Below are positions 12,600-24,690 of a stretch of 64,000 nucleotides of DNA, piece after piece; position 1 is the stretch's first letter, and each line of letters starts with the position of its first letter. Below the pieces are notes generated by a model. That model was not told the DNA's origin. It worked only from the letters and a program-made list of their open reading frames with translations, and ran no database searches. Where the stretch lies: assembly GCF_902713615.1 (NCBI RefSeq), contig NC_052162.1, positions 130,348,653-130,412,652 of the forward strand. The letters run 5' to 3'. This DNA is from Scyliorhinus canicula. Lineage: Eukaryota. Position numbers and translations under genes: made by a program.

Positions 12600-13414
12600 T
12601 GTGATGAATGTAGGAATTTCAGAAATATTGTATTATATGTATTTGGTGGTCAGGGTTAAACGCCTGGGTTAGTTTGACTGCTGCAGTCATGTTTTTCAAA
12701 GAAATCCTAGTTTGAAAGACAACTAGATTTTGGAGCATTGCAGTTAAAGCATTGTTAAAAAGCTTGTACGAATGAAATGACTTTTGGATCAAGGGGATTC
12801 CCTGTGGAGTTAAGTAGATTTCAGCGAGGTAAGATGATCTAGGTACTGGGTGGAGCTAAGGGCTCGGGAATTTTGCAGGAAAGCAGAGTTTCAGTTGAGT
12901 TAGATGGAGCTTTGAGCAGAAGTCAAGCAATTTGCTCTGTCTGCAGTTCAATTAGAGATATGTCTGTAGACAGGTTAGCAGTCTTTCCAAGCAGTTCAGA
13001 CTTGTCTGATTAGGAGGTGTGCTGAAACAAGCTGAGAAGCATCTTCTGGAGAAATACAGCCAGAGTTTCTGCATGGTTCTGGCAGGATTCAGGTCTTCCT
13101 GAGGGCTGAATGTACAATCCAACATTGGATTGAGAACCAAGATTTTTTGTTGTTGTTTGAGTGGAAGTAAAGATAGCAGTTAAGGGTTACTGTGGCACTG
13201 TATTGATTAACATTGTTTAAAGGGTAATTGTAAGTTATTTTGTACTGCATTAGGAATAAAGTTTGCTTTAATATATAGCATATCCTTATTTCTTCAACAA
13301 ATCACTCCTGTAGCGAGACATCCTTTCCTCAGAGTTTTACTAACTTAAAATAAAAGATTGGGGTTTCTGTCCAGTATCTAAGCCACTTTTGGGGTCTGGT
13401 CTGGAATAGTAATA
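12600..13414 (+). mobile_element. Probable solo LTR
   Basis: Starts TGTGATG, non-coding, AATAAA near the end, ends ..GTAATA; TSD not clear. Confidence 0.4.
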
Positions 13415-13730
13415 CCGCCCCTACAAGTACAAGAGATGCAACAGCTGCACTTTCACCTCCTCCCTCCTCACCATCCAGGGGCTGCATTTGTGAATCTCAT
13501 TCGCAATAAGTTACCTTGTGTCAAATAGCTAAGAGTTCTCACTTTGGAAATGGAGTATGGGAGATTTATTTAAAATAAAGTGACAAAAATATCTTATTTG
13601 AGATTCAACATTATAAGATTTAATATATGCAATCTGTGGTAGCTGTGCTATCTTATCTATCGAAAGAAGTAAACCTGAAAAAAAACTCAACATGAATACA
13701 GAAGGTATTGTTGCTAAGTGACTGCACGGT

Positions 13731-14091
13731 GGGCAGCACGGTAGTATTGTGGATAGCACAATTACTTCACAGCTCCAGGGTCCCAGGTTCAATTCCCGGC
13801 TTGGGTCACTGTCAGTGCGGAGTCTGCACATCCTCCCCCTGTGTTTGCGTGGGTTTCCTCCGGGTGCTCCGGTTTCCTCCCACAGTCCAAAGATGTGCAG
13901 GCTAGGTGGATTGGCCATGATAAATTGCCCTTAGTGTCCAAAATTGCCCTTAGTGTTGGGTGGGGTTACTGGGTTATGGGGATAGGGTGGAGGTGCTGAC
14001 CTTGGGTAGGGTGCTCTTTCCAAGAGCCGGTGCAGACTCAATGGGCCGAATGGCCTCCTCCTGCATTGTAAATTCTATGTCTATGTCTATG
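13731..14091 (+). mobile_element. Full-length HE1 V-SINE
   Basis: GGGCAGCACGGTAG head, B-box, V-domain, CR1 tail ending in CTATGT repeats. Confidence 0.92.
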
Positions 14092-14511
14092 ACTGCATCA
14101 TCTAATAAGGGAGTGAGTGAGAATGAAAAAGGAGCCCCATCAACCCAAAGTGTAGTTCCTGAAAATCAAAGAGGAGCCCTGGGGAAAGTCTCAAGACGAG
14201 CCATTGAAAGATATATTTTGACCCCTGGAATTGGACACTGAATTGTCGATTTTGCATCAAACATTAATTTAGGATTAAGCAGGAAGTTCACACTATTATT
14301 GTTGATCAGAGTTCTTGAAATAAGAGGAAAGATGGTGCTTTTAAAAGGGGGCACTGCAGCCCTGGAAATCAGCCACATCTCCAGAATAGTAACTCCAGCT
14401 TGTTATAGAGGTTGTTAACAGCAGAAACAACACAAAGTATTGTCAGACGATTAATACTAAACAAGATTAACAATAGCAATAACAGCAGGATCCAACCCCA
14501 GCAGTCACTTA

Positions 14512-15083
14512 TGGATTGGATTGAATTTGTTTATTGTCACGTGTACCGAGGTACAGTGAAAAGTATTTTTCTGCAAGCAGCTCAACAGATCATTAAGTAC
14601 ATGGGAAGAAAAGGGAATTAAACAAATTTCAAGAAAATACATGAGAATACATAATAGGGCAACACAAGATATACAATGTAACTACATAAGCATTGGCATC
14701 GGTTGAAGCATACAGGGTGTAGTGTTAATGAGGTCAGTCCATAAGAGGGTCATTTAGGAGTCTGGTGACAGCGGGGAAGAAGCTGTTCTTGAGTCTGTTC
14801 GTGCATGTCCTCAGACTTCTGAATCTCCTGCCCGATGGAAGAAGTTGGAAGAGTGAGTAAGCCGGGTGGGAGGGATCCTTGATTATGCTGCCCACTTTCC
14901 CCCGGCAGTGGGAGGTGTAGATGGAGTCCATGGATGGGAGGCAGGTTCGTGTGATGGACTGGGCGGTATTCACGACTCTCTGAAGCTCCTTAAGGTCCTG
15001 GGCCGAGCAGTTGCCATACCAGGCTGTGATGCAGCCCGATAGGATGCTTTCTATAGTGCATCTGTAAAAGTTGGTAAGGGTTA
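14512..15083 (-). mobile_element. Rex1/Babar-clade LINE 3' end
   Basis: LTNFYRCTIESILSGCITAWYGNCS..DPSHP..LLPSGRR..RLKNSFFP; 3' hairpin TTTTCACTGTACCTCGGTACACGTGACAATAAA. Confidence 0.85.
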
Positions 15084-15084
15084 A

Positions 15085-16182
15085 TGGACTTGTTCGATAC
15101 GGCACCGTACAAAAGGCTACTTAATAAGATAAGGGCCCATGGTGTTGGGGTATTATATTACGATTGGCTTTTTGATAGAAGACAGGGACTTGCGATAAGG
15201 GGAGCATTTTCAGTCTGGCAACCTGAGTCCCACAGAGATCCATGCTGTGGCCACAGTTATTTACAATATAAATTAATGACTTGTCAAGGGAAGTGAATGC
15301 ATATTGCCAAGTTTGCAGATGTCACAAAAATAGGTGGGAAGGCAAATGATGAAGATGACACAGAGTCTACAGAGGGACACAGACATGTTAAGTGAGTTGG
15401 CAAAAACTTGGTAGATGGAATACAATGCAGAAATTTTTGAAGTTTTGCACTTTGGTGGGAAGAATAAATGAGCTGAATTTTATTTAAATGGAGACAGACG
15501 GCAGAAAGCTGCAGCTCAGAGTGATTTGGGGCTCCTGGTGCATAAATCACAAAAAGCAAGCGTGCAGGTTCAGCAGGTAATTGGGAAGGAAAATGGGATG
15601 TTGGCCTTTATTTCAAAGTGATTGGAGTTTAAATATAGGGAAGTCCTCAGAAAACTGTGCACGGCACCAGTTAGAACACATCTGGAATACTGTGAACAGT
15701 TTTGGTCCCCTTATCTAAGAAAAGACATACTGGCATTGGAGGCGGTCTGGAGAAGGTTCACCAGATTGATTCCGGGTAGGGAGGGATTTTCTTATGAGGA
15801 GAGGTTGAGTAGGTTGGGGCCTGTCCTCATTGGAGTTTAGAAGAATGAGAGGCGGCCTTATTGAGACAGACAGGATTCTCAGGGGGCTCGACAGGCTCGA
15901 TGCTGAGAGGATGTTTCCTCTTGTGGGAGAGTCTAGGACCAGAGGGCAGAATCTCAGTTACAGAGATGATTCTGTGGAATTCTTTACCGCAGAGAGCTGT
16001 CGGGGCTAGCTCGTTAAGTATGTTCAAAACTGAGACAGACAGATTTTTAATCAGTGAAGAAATCAAGGGTTATGAGGATAAGGCGGGAAAGTGGAGTTGA
16101 GGATTATAACATGATCTCATTGAATAGCAGAGCAGACTCGATGGGCCGAATGGCCTACTTCTGCTCCTACATTTATGGTCTC
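15085..16182 (+). mobile_element. CR1 LINE RT C-terminus and 3' end
   Basis: KFADVTKIGG, VRTHLEYCEQFWSPYLRKD, WNSLPQRAV; 3' tail GCAGACTCGATGGGCCGAATGGCCT. Confidence 0.85.
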
Positions 16183-16184
16183 AA

Positions 16185-16896
<712 letters not shown>

Positions 16897-17635
16897 CTAT
16901 GAAAAAAAGGGTCACAAAGGTCATCACTAAGTCCTTTCCTTCTTTTCTCATCCCACATCTCTTGGCTAGGAGACAAATCAAGTGCTTACATCCGTTTTCA
17001 CAACTATCTTTCCTCAAACTGGTTACAGGCCTGTCGCCAGAGGCTACAGCTTGCGGGGCACCACTCACATCGAGCATGACCGGCCAGGATACTTCCCCAC
17101 TGTAAGAGGTAGCAAATTTAAAACAAATTTGAGGAGAAACTACTTCTCCCAAAGGGTTGCGAATCTGTGGAATTCGCTACCCCAGAGTGCGGTGGATGCA
17201 GGGAAGTGAGTAACTTTAAGGAGTTTGACAGATTTTTAATTGGTAACGGGTTGAAGGGTTATGGAGAACGGGCAGGACGGTGGAATTGAGGCCAGGGTGG
17301 GAACAGCCATGATCACATTGAGGGTGTTAGGCTTGAGAGGCTAAATTGCCCACTCCTGCTCCTAGGTCATGTGTTCTCGGGAGGAGATACTCTGGTTGAT
17401 TTCACAATCCAGCTCTTGGCCTGTAACATTGTAGGCAGTAGTTGAGGAACATATCAGCCATGATAGAATGTTGGAGCAAACTCGATGGGCCGAATGGCCT
17501 AATTTTGCTCCTATATCTTATGACGTTATGATATGGTGGGGAAGTGGAATTGAGGATTGTATCAGATAAGACGTGACCTCATTGAATGGCAGAGCCGAGT
17601 GGCCTACTTCTGCTCCTACGTTTGATGGTCAATGG

Positions 17636-18498
17636 CAGGGTTTTTCGAAGTGCAGGCCATGACCCGCGGGTGGGTTACAAGTGCGAGTCTGGGGGAGGCG
17701 GTGGAACAATTGGTCGCAGTGTTTCTGCAGTGATCCCAATCGCGGGAGAAGCGCCCAACGGCAGCTACCGGCATTTAAATGAAAATGGTTGTGTGCAGTC
17801 GTTTGGCCATAAGCGACAGCAATGAGCAGGTCAGTGCGCTGTGCATGAACGCTGGAGAGAGCTGCTCAGCAGAATCCATGGCAGAACAGATCAGTGCTAT
17901 TGTTAGCTCTGGACAGAGTCTCTGGTGAACAGCCAACAAAGAAGAAACTTCAATCGGGGAAAAAAAGCAGGATAAAGATGATTCTTGAGGTATGGTTTTG
18001 TTAATTGTGTCAATGCAAATCATGATGCAAAGCCCAGGTGTGTTATATACAGGAAAGTGCTGGCGAATGATGGGAGAATTTTAAGATTTTGAAAGAGAAG
18101 TGGTGGGTGAAAAATTCCGTTTGAGATTGAGACCCTAGCGTCAACTGATGACTGTCTCCAAATGAAAAGACTGAGCTGCTTCACCTGTCTTGCAACAGCA
18201 CAATGAAAACACGCAGCATCTTCCAGGAGCATCCAGTGCTGAGTGAAACAAGCATTTTGTTGCTGTGGCCCTTCACATCGACCTACATCCGCGAGGTGGA
18301 TTTTCCATTCTCATGTCGATGAAGACGGCACAAAGGAACTGGCTGAATTCTGCAATGATAGTGCCTCAGTGCCCTCTGCCCCAGCTTGCAGTGAGATCAT
18401 TCGGACCAAGCAAGCTCCCCTTTTGCATGTGTCGGAAAAGTTGGCCCGCGGGGGTCGTGGAGGTTGGCCGGTTGATGAAAGTGGTTTGGAAAACTCTG
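17636..18498 (+). mobile_element. Internally deleted hAT (Charlie/Buster-type) transposon
   Basis: TIRs CAGGGTTTTTCGAAG / GTTTGGAAAACTCTG; transposase C-terminal PFTSTYIREV/GFSILMSMKTAQRNWLN (frameshifted). Confidence 0.7.
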
Positions 18499-18534
18499 GG
18501 CTCTGGCCATCCCCTGTTCACAATGTTCGGCTCC

Positions 18535-19100
18535 TTGATGGCAGTTCCGGAACAACAGGGAAGGCGGCTGGAGGACCGAGCAAGGGGGCGGCTGGAGGAC
18601 CGAGCAAGGGGGCGGCTGGAGGACCGAGCAAGGGGGCGGCTGGAGGACCGAGCAAGGGGGCGGCTGGAGGACCGAGCAAGGGGGCGGCTGGAGGACCGAG
18701 CAAGGATGCAGCTGGTCCTCCAACCAATCCGACTGAATGGAAGGCGGGGCTGATCCCCTCCCCCCCCGAAGCCCGGATGAGTTGCGCATGCGCTTTGCTG
18801 CACATTGCCCCCCGACAAGATGGCGGCCGTGAAGTACGGTCTGTAATCAGGAGGAGCCGCATCAGGTGGGTAAACTGCGGGGATCGACGTTCAGTGGGTT
18901 GGGCTCCATGGTGGGGTGCTTAAGAGGTCTTTCCACCTTCCCATTGCATCCATTAATCCCAGCCCACAACCGCGCCGGCTCGCGGAAGAGACGAACAAAG
19001 CGCCTGCGCATCACCCGCTCTCTCGTTGCGGCGTCTGCGCATGCCGCTCAGCGTCGGCGGGGCTGCGGAAGCGGCGCCTGCGCACTGAATTCACCGCTGC
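18535..19100 (+). promoter_or_regulatory. CpG-island promoter and putative non-coding first exon of the ZNF at 20692
   Basis: CCAAT, GC box, NRF1 18784-18793, YY1 CAAGATGGCGGC 18816-18827, donor CAG|GTGGGT at 18865/6; additional GCGCCTGCGCA motifs ~19000 and ~19074. Confidence 0.8.
18563..18705. repeat. 24-bp minisatellite, 6 copies (GGCGGCTGGAGGACCGAGCAAGGG)
   Basis: Direct reading; five identical units plus a 23-nt last unit. Confidence 0.95.
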
Positions 19101-19207
19101 GAGGCATGCTGGGTGCAAATCCCGCCACTGAAGAGGGCACGTGGCTTTTTAAGGTTTCCTTTGCTGTACCAGGGTGCAGCCTGGTGAGCTGGATTATCAA
19201 TGAAATC

Positions 19208-19710
19208 ACTGAACCCCTGCAGTGCAGAAGGAGGCCATTCGGCCCTTCCGGTCTGCACCAACTCACTGATAGAGCACCCTACCCTTGCTCCCACCCTTTT
19301 CCCGACAACTCTGTAACCCCATCCCCAGACATTAAGGGGCAATTTTAGCATTGCCAATCCACCTATCCTGCACGTCTGGACTGTAGGAGGAAACCGGAGC
19401 ACCCGGAGGAAACCCACACAGACGCAGAGAGAAGGTGCAAACTCCATACACAGTCACCAACGGTCAGAATTCATGGCGCCGATGTCCCTGGTACGATCCC
19501 GGCTCTGTGGGTCACTGTCCGGGTGCAGTTTGCACATTCTCCCCGTGTTTGCGTGGGTTTCGTCCCCACAACATAAAGATGTGTAAGGTAGGTGGATTGA
19601 ACACGCTAAATTGCCCCTTAATTAGAAAAAATTAATTTAAAAAAAGAATTGAACCCAGATCCCTGGCGCTGTGAGGCAGCAATGCTTTAACCACTGTGCC
19701 ACCATGCCGA
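19208..19710 (-). mobile_element. HE1 V-SINE with a nested plus-strand A-tailed SINE (~19472-19645)
   Basis: Host sequence resumes after the A-tail; AGAATT duplicated. Confidence 0.8.
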
Positions 19711-20691
19711 CCAGTTTTCGTCCAAGGGTATTGGAGTAGCAATGAACAAAGACAGGACTACAGAGTCAGAACAGCATTATATTCTTTCTCCCTGTAACAT
19801 GCCTTAGAATTTGCTTTATCAACCAGATCATAAATCTCAGGGTAATTAGCATTTTAAATAATTCCTAAAGGAAAGTAGAGGCTGTGATTATCCAGGAATG
19901 TTCTGTCTTTTACATTATCTCCTACCCAAGGTGGCAGGAAACCAATTACTGTTACAATTTTGTTGTTGCCGCTATCCCAGACATTATTCTCTGGATTTAG
20001 TGGAGTTGGATGGTTAAAAACTGTAGGGCCATGTTTATTTGAATTTCCTGAATATTGTGGTCCCCACAGACTTCAATACCTTATCCCCAGTGTTAGTAAA
20101 ATTGTTTGGTGGTGCCTGTCCGATATCTATGAGCGTGTGTGCTTGCATGCGTATGTGTCTGTGGAGACAATGTGTGTATCTCCTTCATCTTAAGCACTGC
20201 TTAATATCTCATACATTCATTAGCTCAATGTAAAAGTCCTCCCTGGTTAATGGATCTTTGGGAGTTCCTCAGGAGTTGGGGTTAGCTCTCCAGCTCTTCA
20301 AAATAGACACAAATGACCCAGACTTCGGTGTGCGGGGACAATTTTGAAATTTGTGGATAGAGTCTTATGTAGGTCTAGACTGGGTGGCAGATTCCCTTCT
20401 CGCAAGGACATTAATGAACCAGTTGGGTTTTTATGACAATCCAGCAGTTTTCAGGATCACATTTTCCCAGTGCCGGCTCCACAACTGACCAGATTCATTC
20501 AGCTCAATTTCACAATCTGCCTTTGTGTTTTTGTGGGTTCTCTCTCACTCACTTTTTTCTGTTTGAAATCAATTTCAGAGGGCATTAGAAGGGGAGGATT
20601 TTCCATTGGGGGAACTGAAAACCAAACATCACATCGGGATCTGGCAGAGTTGCCAATTTATCGCAATCTGAACATCGTCAGGTTTTTGAAC

Positions 20692-21813
20692 ATGGAAGAA
20701 AAAGGCTCCGTTCAGAGTGAGGAGAAACCGTACACGTGTTTTGTGTGTGGACGAGACTTCAGCGGATCTTCTGATCTGTTGAAACATAAGTGCAATCACA
20801 GCAGGGAGAAGCCGTGGAAATGCGGGGATTGTGGGAAGGGATTTAAATCCCCGTCTGACCTGGAAACGCACCGGCGCAGTCACACCGGGGAGAAACCATT
20901 CACTTGCTTCCGGTGTGGGAAGGGATTCACTCGTTCATCCTACCTGCTGATACACCAGCGACTTCACACCGGGGAGAGGCCGTTCACCTGCTCCAAGTGT
21001 GGGAAGAGGTTCATTCAGTCATCCAACCTGCTGACCCACCAGCGAATTCACACCGAGGAGAGGCCTTTCAAATGCCCAGACTGCGGGAAGTGTTATAAAG
21101 GTTCCATGGAACTGATGCGCCATCGACGTGTTCACACCGATGAGAGACCGTTCAGGTGCTCTCACTGTGGGATCGGGTTCAGGTGGTCATCTCAACTCAC
21201 TGCGCACAAGCACAGCCACACGGGGGAGAGGCCGTACACTTGCTCTGAGTGTGGGAAGGCATTCACTCAGTCATCCCACTTGCTGAGACACCAGCATGGT
21301 CACAGCGATGAGAGGCCGTTCACCTGCTCCATGTGTGGGAAGGGATTCACTCAGCAATCCCATCTGCAGACACACCAGCGGGTTCACACCAATGAGACCC
21401 CTTTTAAATGCCTAGGTTGTGGAAAATGCTTCAAAGGATCCCAGGACCTGATGCTCCATCAACGCCTTCACCTTGCTGAGGGATCGTTCGGGTGCTCTCA
21501 ATGCGGGACTGGGTTCAGGAAGTCATCTCAACTCGATGCACACCAGGAAATTCACACTGGAGAGAGGCCGTTCACCTGTCCTGGGTGTGGGAAGGGATTC
21601 ACTCACCCATCCAACCTTCTGAGACACCAGCGGGTTCACACTGGGGAGAGGCCGTTCACCTGCTCGGAATGTGGGAGGGGATTTACTCAGTCATCCAACC
21701 TGCTGACACACCAGAGAGTTCACACTGGGGAGAGGCCGTTCACCTGCTCTGAATGTGGGAGGGGGTTTGCTTATTTATCTGTACTGCTGACGCACCAGCG
21801 AGTTCACAAGTAA
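20692..21813 (+). CDS. C2H2 zinc-finger protein, 373 aa, 13 fingers, type A
   Basis: [19 protein letters not shown]; acceptor ~20578/20580; ends HK*; AATAAA 21929-21934. Confidence 0.92.
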   Translation: MEEKGSVQSEEKPYTCFVCGRDFSGSSDLLKHKCNHSREKPWKCGDCGKGFKSPSDLETHRRSHTGEKPFTCFRCGKGFTRSSYLLIHQRLHTGERPFTCSKCGKRFIQSSNLLTHQRIHTEERPFKCPDCGKCYKGSMELMRHRRVHTDERPFRCSHCGIGFRWSSQLTAHKHSHTGERPYTCSECGKAFTQSSHLLRHQHGHSDERPFTCSMCGKGFTQQSHLQTHQRVHTNETPFKCLGCGKCFKGSQDLMLHQRLHLAEGSFGCSQCGTGFRKSSQLDAHQEIHTGERPFTCPGCGKGFTHPSNLLRHQRVHTGERPFTCSECGRGFTQSSNLLTHQRVHTGERPFTCSECGRGFAYLSVLLTHQRVHK

Positions 21814-22384
21814 CTACAATGATTGACTTTTGCCGCTAATCACGTTCAAGAATAAACCATGTTAATTGGGGACTGTTTCTGCTGATAAACTGAAGCCCTG
21901 TTGTGCTAATATCATGGATTAAAGGTCAAATAAATCAGCTTTGTGTTGAACGCACAGTGTTGCATCTTTTTAACCCCCAGCCCATCTCTAACCACCCTTT
22001 CCTCTCCAAAAATCCTTGTCATCTCCCAAACTTCTGCCCATTTGCCCTGGAACTCCATGTTTGAATCGCTCCAATGAAATACATTGCATAGTATTGAAAC
22101 AGCTCTGCCAAAATTGCTAATTAGATCCGATATGAATATTGTTACGACGCTCTGGGCTAGTGCACGGTCAATTCCAGCCCCACTTGACCCTGAGCAAAAC
22201 AATTGAAATTAACAAATAATTCTCTGAAAAATACCCAAAGACTTTGGCCTTTGGCAGCCCAATCACTAGTCACCAGATTTGTAGATTTAAACACAATTAA
22301 TTTTATTAATGACAATAACTATAATTGAATATTCTGTAAATAGAACTGGTTAACTATTATCAAATTCCTGACCCCCTCATTAAA

Positions 22385-22723
22385 GGGCGGCACGGTAGCG
22401 CAGTGGTTAGCATAATTGCCTCACAGCTCCAGGGTCCCAGGTTCGATTCCCGGCTTGGGTCACTGTCTGTGCGGAGTCTGCACGTTCTCCCCGTGTCCGC
22501 GTGGGTTTCCTCCGGGTGCTCCGGTTTCCTCCCACAGTCCAAAGATGTGCAGGTTAGGTGGATTGGCCATGCTAAATTGCCCCTTAGTGTCAAAGAAAGG
22601 TTAGATAGGGTTACTGAGTTACGAGGACAGGGTGGAGGCATGGGCTTGCGGAGAGTGCTCTTTCCAAGGGCTGGTGCAGACTCGATGGGCTGAATGGCCT
22701 CCTTTGCACTGTAAATTCTATGA
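22385..22723 (+). mobile_element. Full-length HE1 V-SINE
   Basis: Head, V-domain and CR1 tail intact. Confidence 0.92.
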
Positions 22724-22732
22724 TCCCCCCCC

Positions 22733-22771
22733 AGCTTTGACAAAAAGTCACCCAGACTCGAAACGTAAGCT
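22733..22771 (+). ncRNA. Hammerhead ribozyme motif (U3:A8) at the start of a Penelope-like repeat (to ~22870)
   Basis: AGCU-UUGACAA-A-AAGUC(ACCCA)GACUC-GAAAC GU A-AGCU; one mismatch at the base of stem II. Confidence 0.5.
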
Positions 22772-24509
22772 GCCCTCTCTCTCCGCGGAGGCTGTCAGAC
22801 CTGCTGCGATTGCCCAGTATTTTCCATTTCTGTTTCAGATTCCAGCATCTGCAGTAATTTTCTTTTATCTTCGTGTTTAATATCGAATTGTTGTAACGAT
22901 AAACTCCAATGGAATAATCTTGCTTTCAAGGTTTTAAACTTTCCTATAAATGGAAGTGGATTATGGTCTGTACAAACTGAGCTTTATTTGTTGTCATGCC
23001 AGACACTCACTTCAAAGTGCTGAAAGGCTAGTGCCAATGCTAAGGCTTCCTTTTTAATCGTGGAATACTCTCTTTGGCACGGACTTTGTTTCTTTGAAAA
23101 GTTTCCCACTGGTCTCTCTATTCCTGCATTGTCGTCTTGTAGTAGCACTGCCCCCACCCCCAGGTCCCTGGCATCCTTGGCCATTTTGAATGGTCTGAAA
23201 AAGTCTAGGGTAGCCAGCACCGGTCTGCTTATTAATATGCCCACAGCTTCTCAAGCGCTGCTTGGCAGTCTGCGGACCACACCATTTTTATTTGCTTCCC
23301 CTGCACAATAGTTCATGGCACTGCTATAGTACTGAAGTTCGGGACAAATTTCCGACAGAATCCGAACACGCCCAGGAACTTCTTAATTTCCCGTTTGGTT
23401 TTGGGAACAGGAATGTCCATCAATCCACTGGGCTAAATCGCGGGCTTTGAAAGCAGGTCAGCAGCACGGTTCAATTCCCGTACCAGCCTCCCCGGACAGG
23501 CGGCGGAATGTGGCGACTTGGGGCTTTTCACAGTAACTTCATTGAAGCCTACTCGTGACAATAAGTGATTTTCATTTCATTTCATTTCAGTGCCCTTACT
23601 TTGGCCGTTCTGGGCACCACTTGCCCCTGTCGCACCACATGGCCTGAATAGGCGACCTTTGCCTTGGCAAACCCGCTTCCGGTCAAATTGATTACTAACC
23701 TGGCCAACTCCAGCAGTTTGAAGAACTCTTCCAATTGCCCCATATGCCCTTTCCACGTGTCGCTATACACTACCACATTGTCGAAGTAGACCTCACTGTT
23801 AGGCAGTCCAGTCACTACTTGGTACATGAACTGTTTCATAGAATTTACAGTGCAGAAGGAGGCCATTCGGCCCATCGAGTCTGCACCGGCCCTGACAAAG
23901 AGCAACCCACTCAAGCCCACATATCCACCCTATCCCAGCAACCCCCACTTAGCCTTTTTGGACACTAAGGGCAATTTATCATGGCCAATCCACCTCACCG
24001 CACATCTTTGGACTGTGGGAGGAAACCAGAGCTCCCGGAGGAAACCCACGCGCACACGGGGAGGACGTGCAGACTCCGTACAGACAGTGACCCAGCCGGG
24101 AATTGAACCTGGGACCTGGGACCCTGGAGCTGAGAAGCAATTGTGCTAACCACTATGCTACCGCGCTGCCCTGTTGGAATGTTGCTCGTGCATTTTTGAG
24201 TGCAAAAGGCATCACCTTGCATTGGAACACACGGGGCATTGCAAAGGACTGGGGATAAACGGAACCTGCCAATATCCAACAGATCGATCTTTGTCAGGAA
24301 GGAGGCACTACACATTCTCAATACAATCCTCCAACCTTGGAATTGGATGGGAATCTGTTTTGGTCTTGGCATTTATTTCCCGGTAATCCATGCAGAACTG
24401 GGATGTTCCATCTGGCTTCGACACTAACACTACTGGTGAACTCCAATTACTTCTACTGGGCTCAATTAAGTCATTTGCCAACATATATTGGATCTCTACC
24501 ACTAACTGA

Positions 24510-24690
24510 GGGGCTGGTTTAGCACAGGGCTAAATCGCTGGCTTTGCAAGGCAGGCCAGCAGCATGGTTCAATTCCCGTACCAGCCTCCCCGAACAGACG
24601 CCGGAATGTAGCGACTAGGGGCTTTTCACAGTAACTTCATTTGAAGCCTACTCGTGACAATAAGCGATTTTCATTTCATTTTTTCATTTT
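24510..24690 (+). mobile_element. Short tRNA-derived SINE with Rex1-like tail (other copies ~23425-23589, 26765-26944, 27840-27993, 29748-29926, 33844-34010, 53903-54077)
   Basis: GGGGCTGGTTTAGC head, B-box GGTTCAATTCCC, hairpin tail ending in TTTCA or ATT repeats. Confidence 0.85.

Noticed and set aside
13731-13810. tRNA genes
   Set aside because: The A/B-box sequences are SINE heads continuing into the V-domain; no cloverleaf end or T-run terminator
18563-18705. CRISPR-like array
   Set aside because: No spacers; eukaryotic tandem repeat
18243-18923. 226-aa ORF with GPSKGAAG repeats, and overlapping ORFs on both strands
   Set aside because: Composite of a hAT relic, a stop-free 24-bp minisatellite and promoter DNA; open in most frames
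20470-20691. N-terminal extension of the 447-aa ORF as a novel effector domain
   Set aside because: The GTG start lies in intron/SINE sequence upstream of the acceptor; the frame is not conserved among paralogues
22360-22743. Recurrent ORFs such as ..DCGRKPEHPEETHADTGR.. and MANPP..
   Set aside because: Translations of HE1 SINE copies
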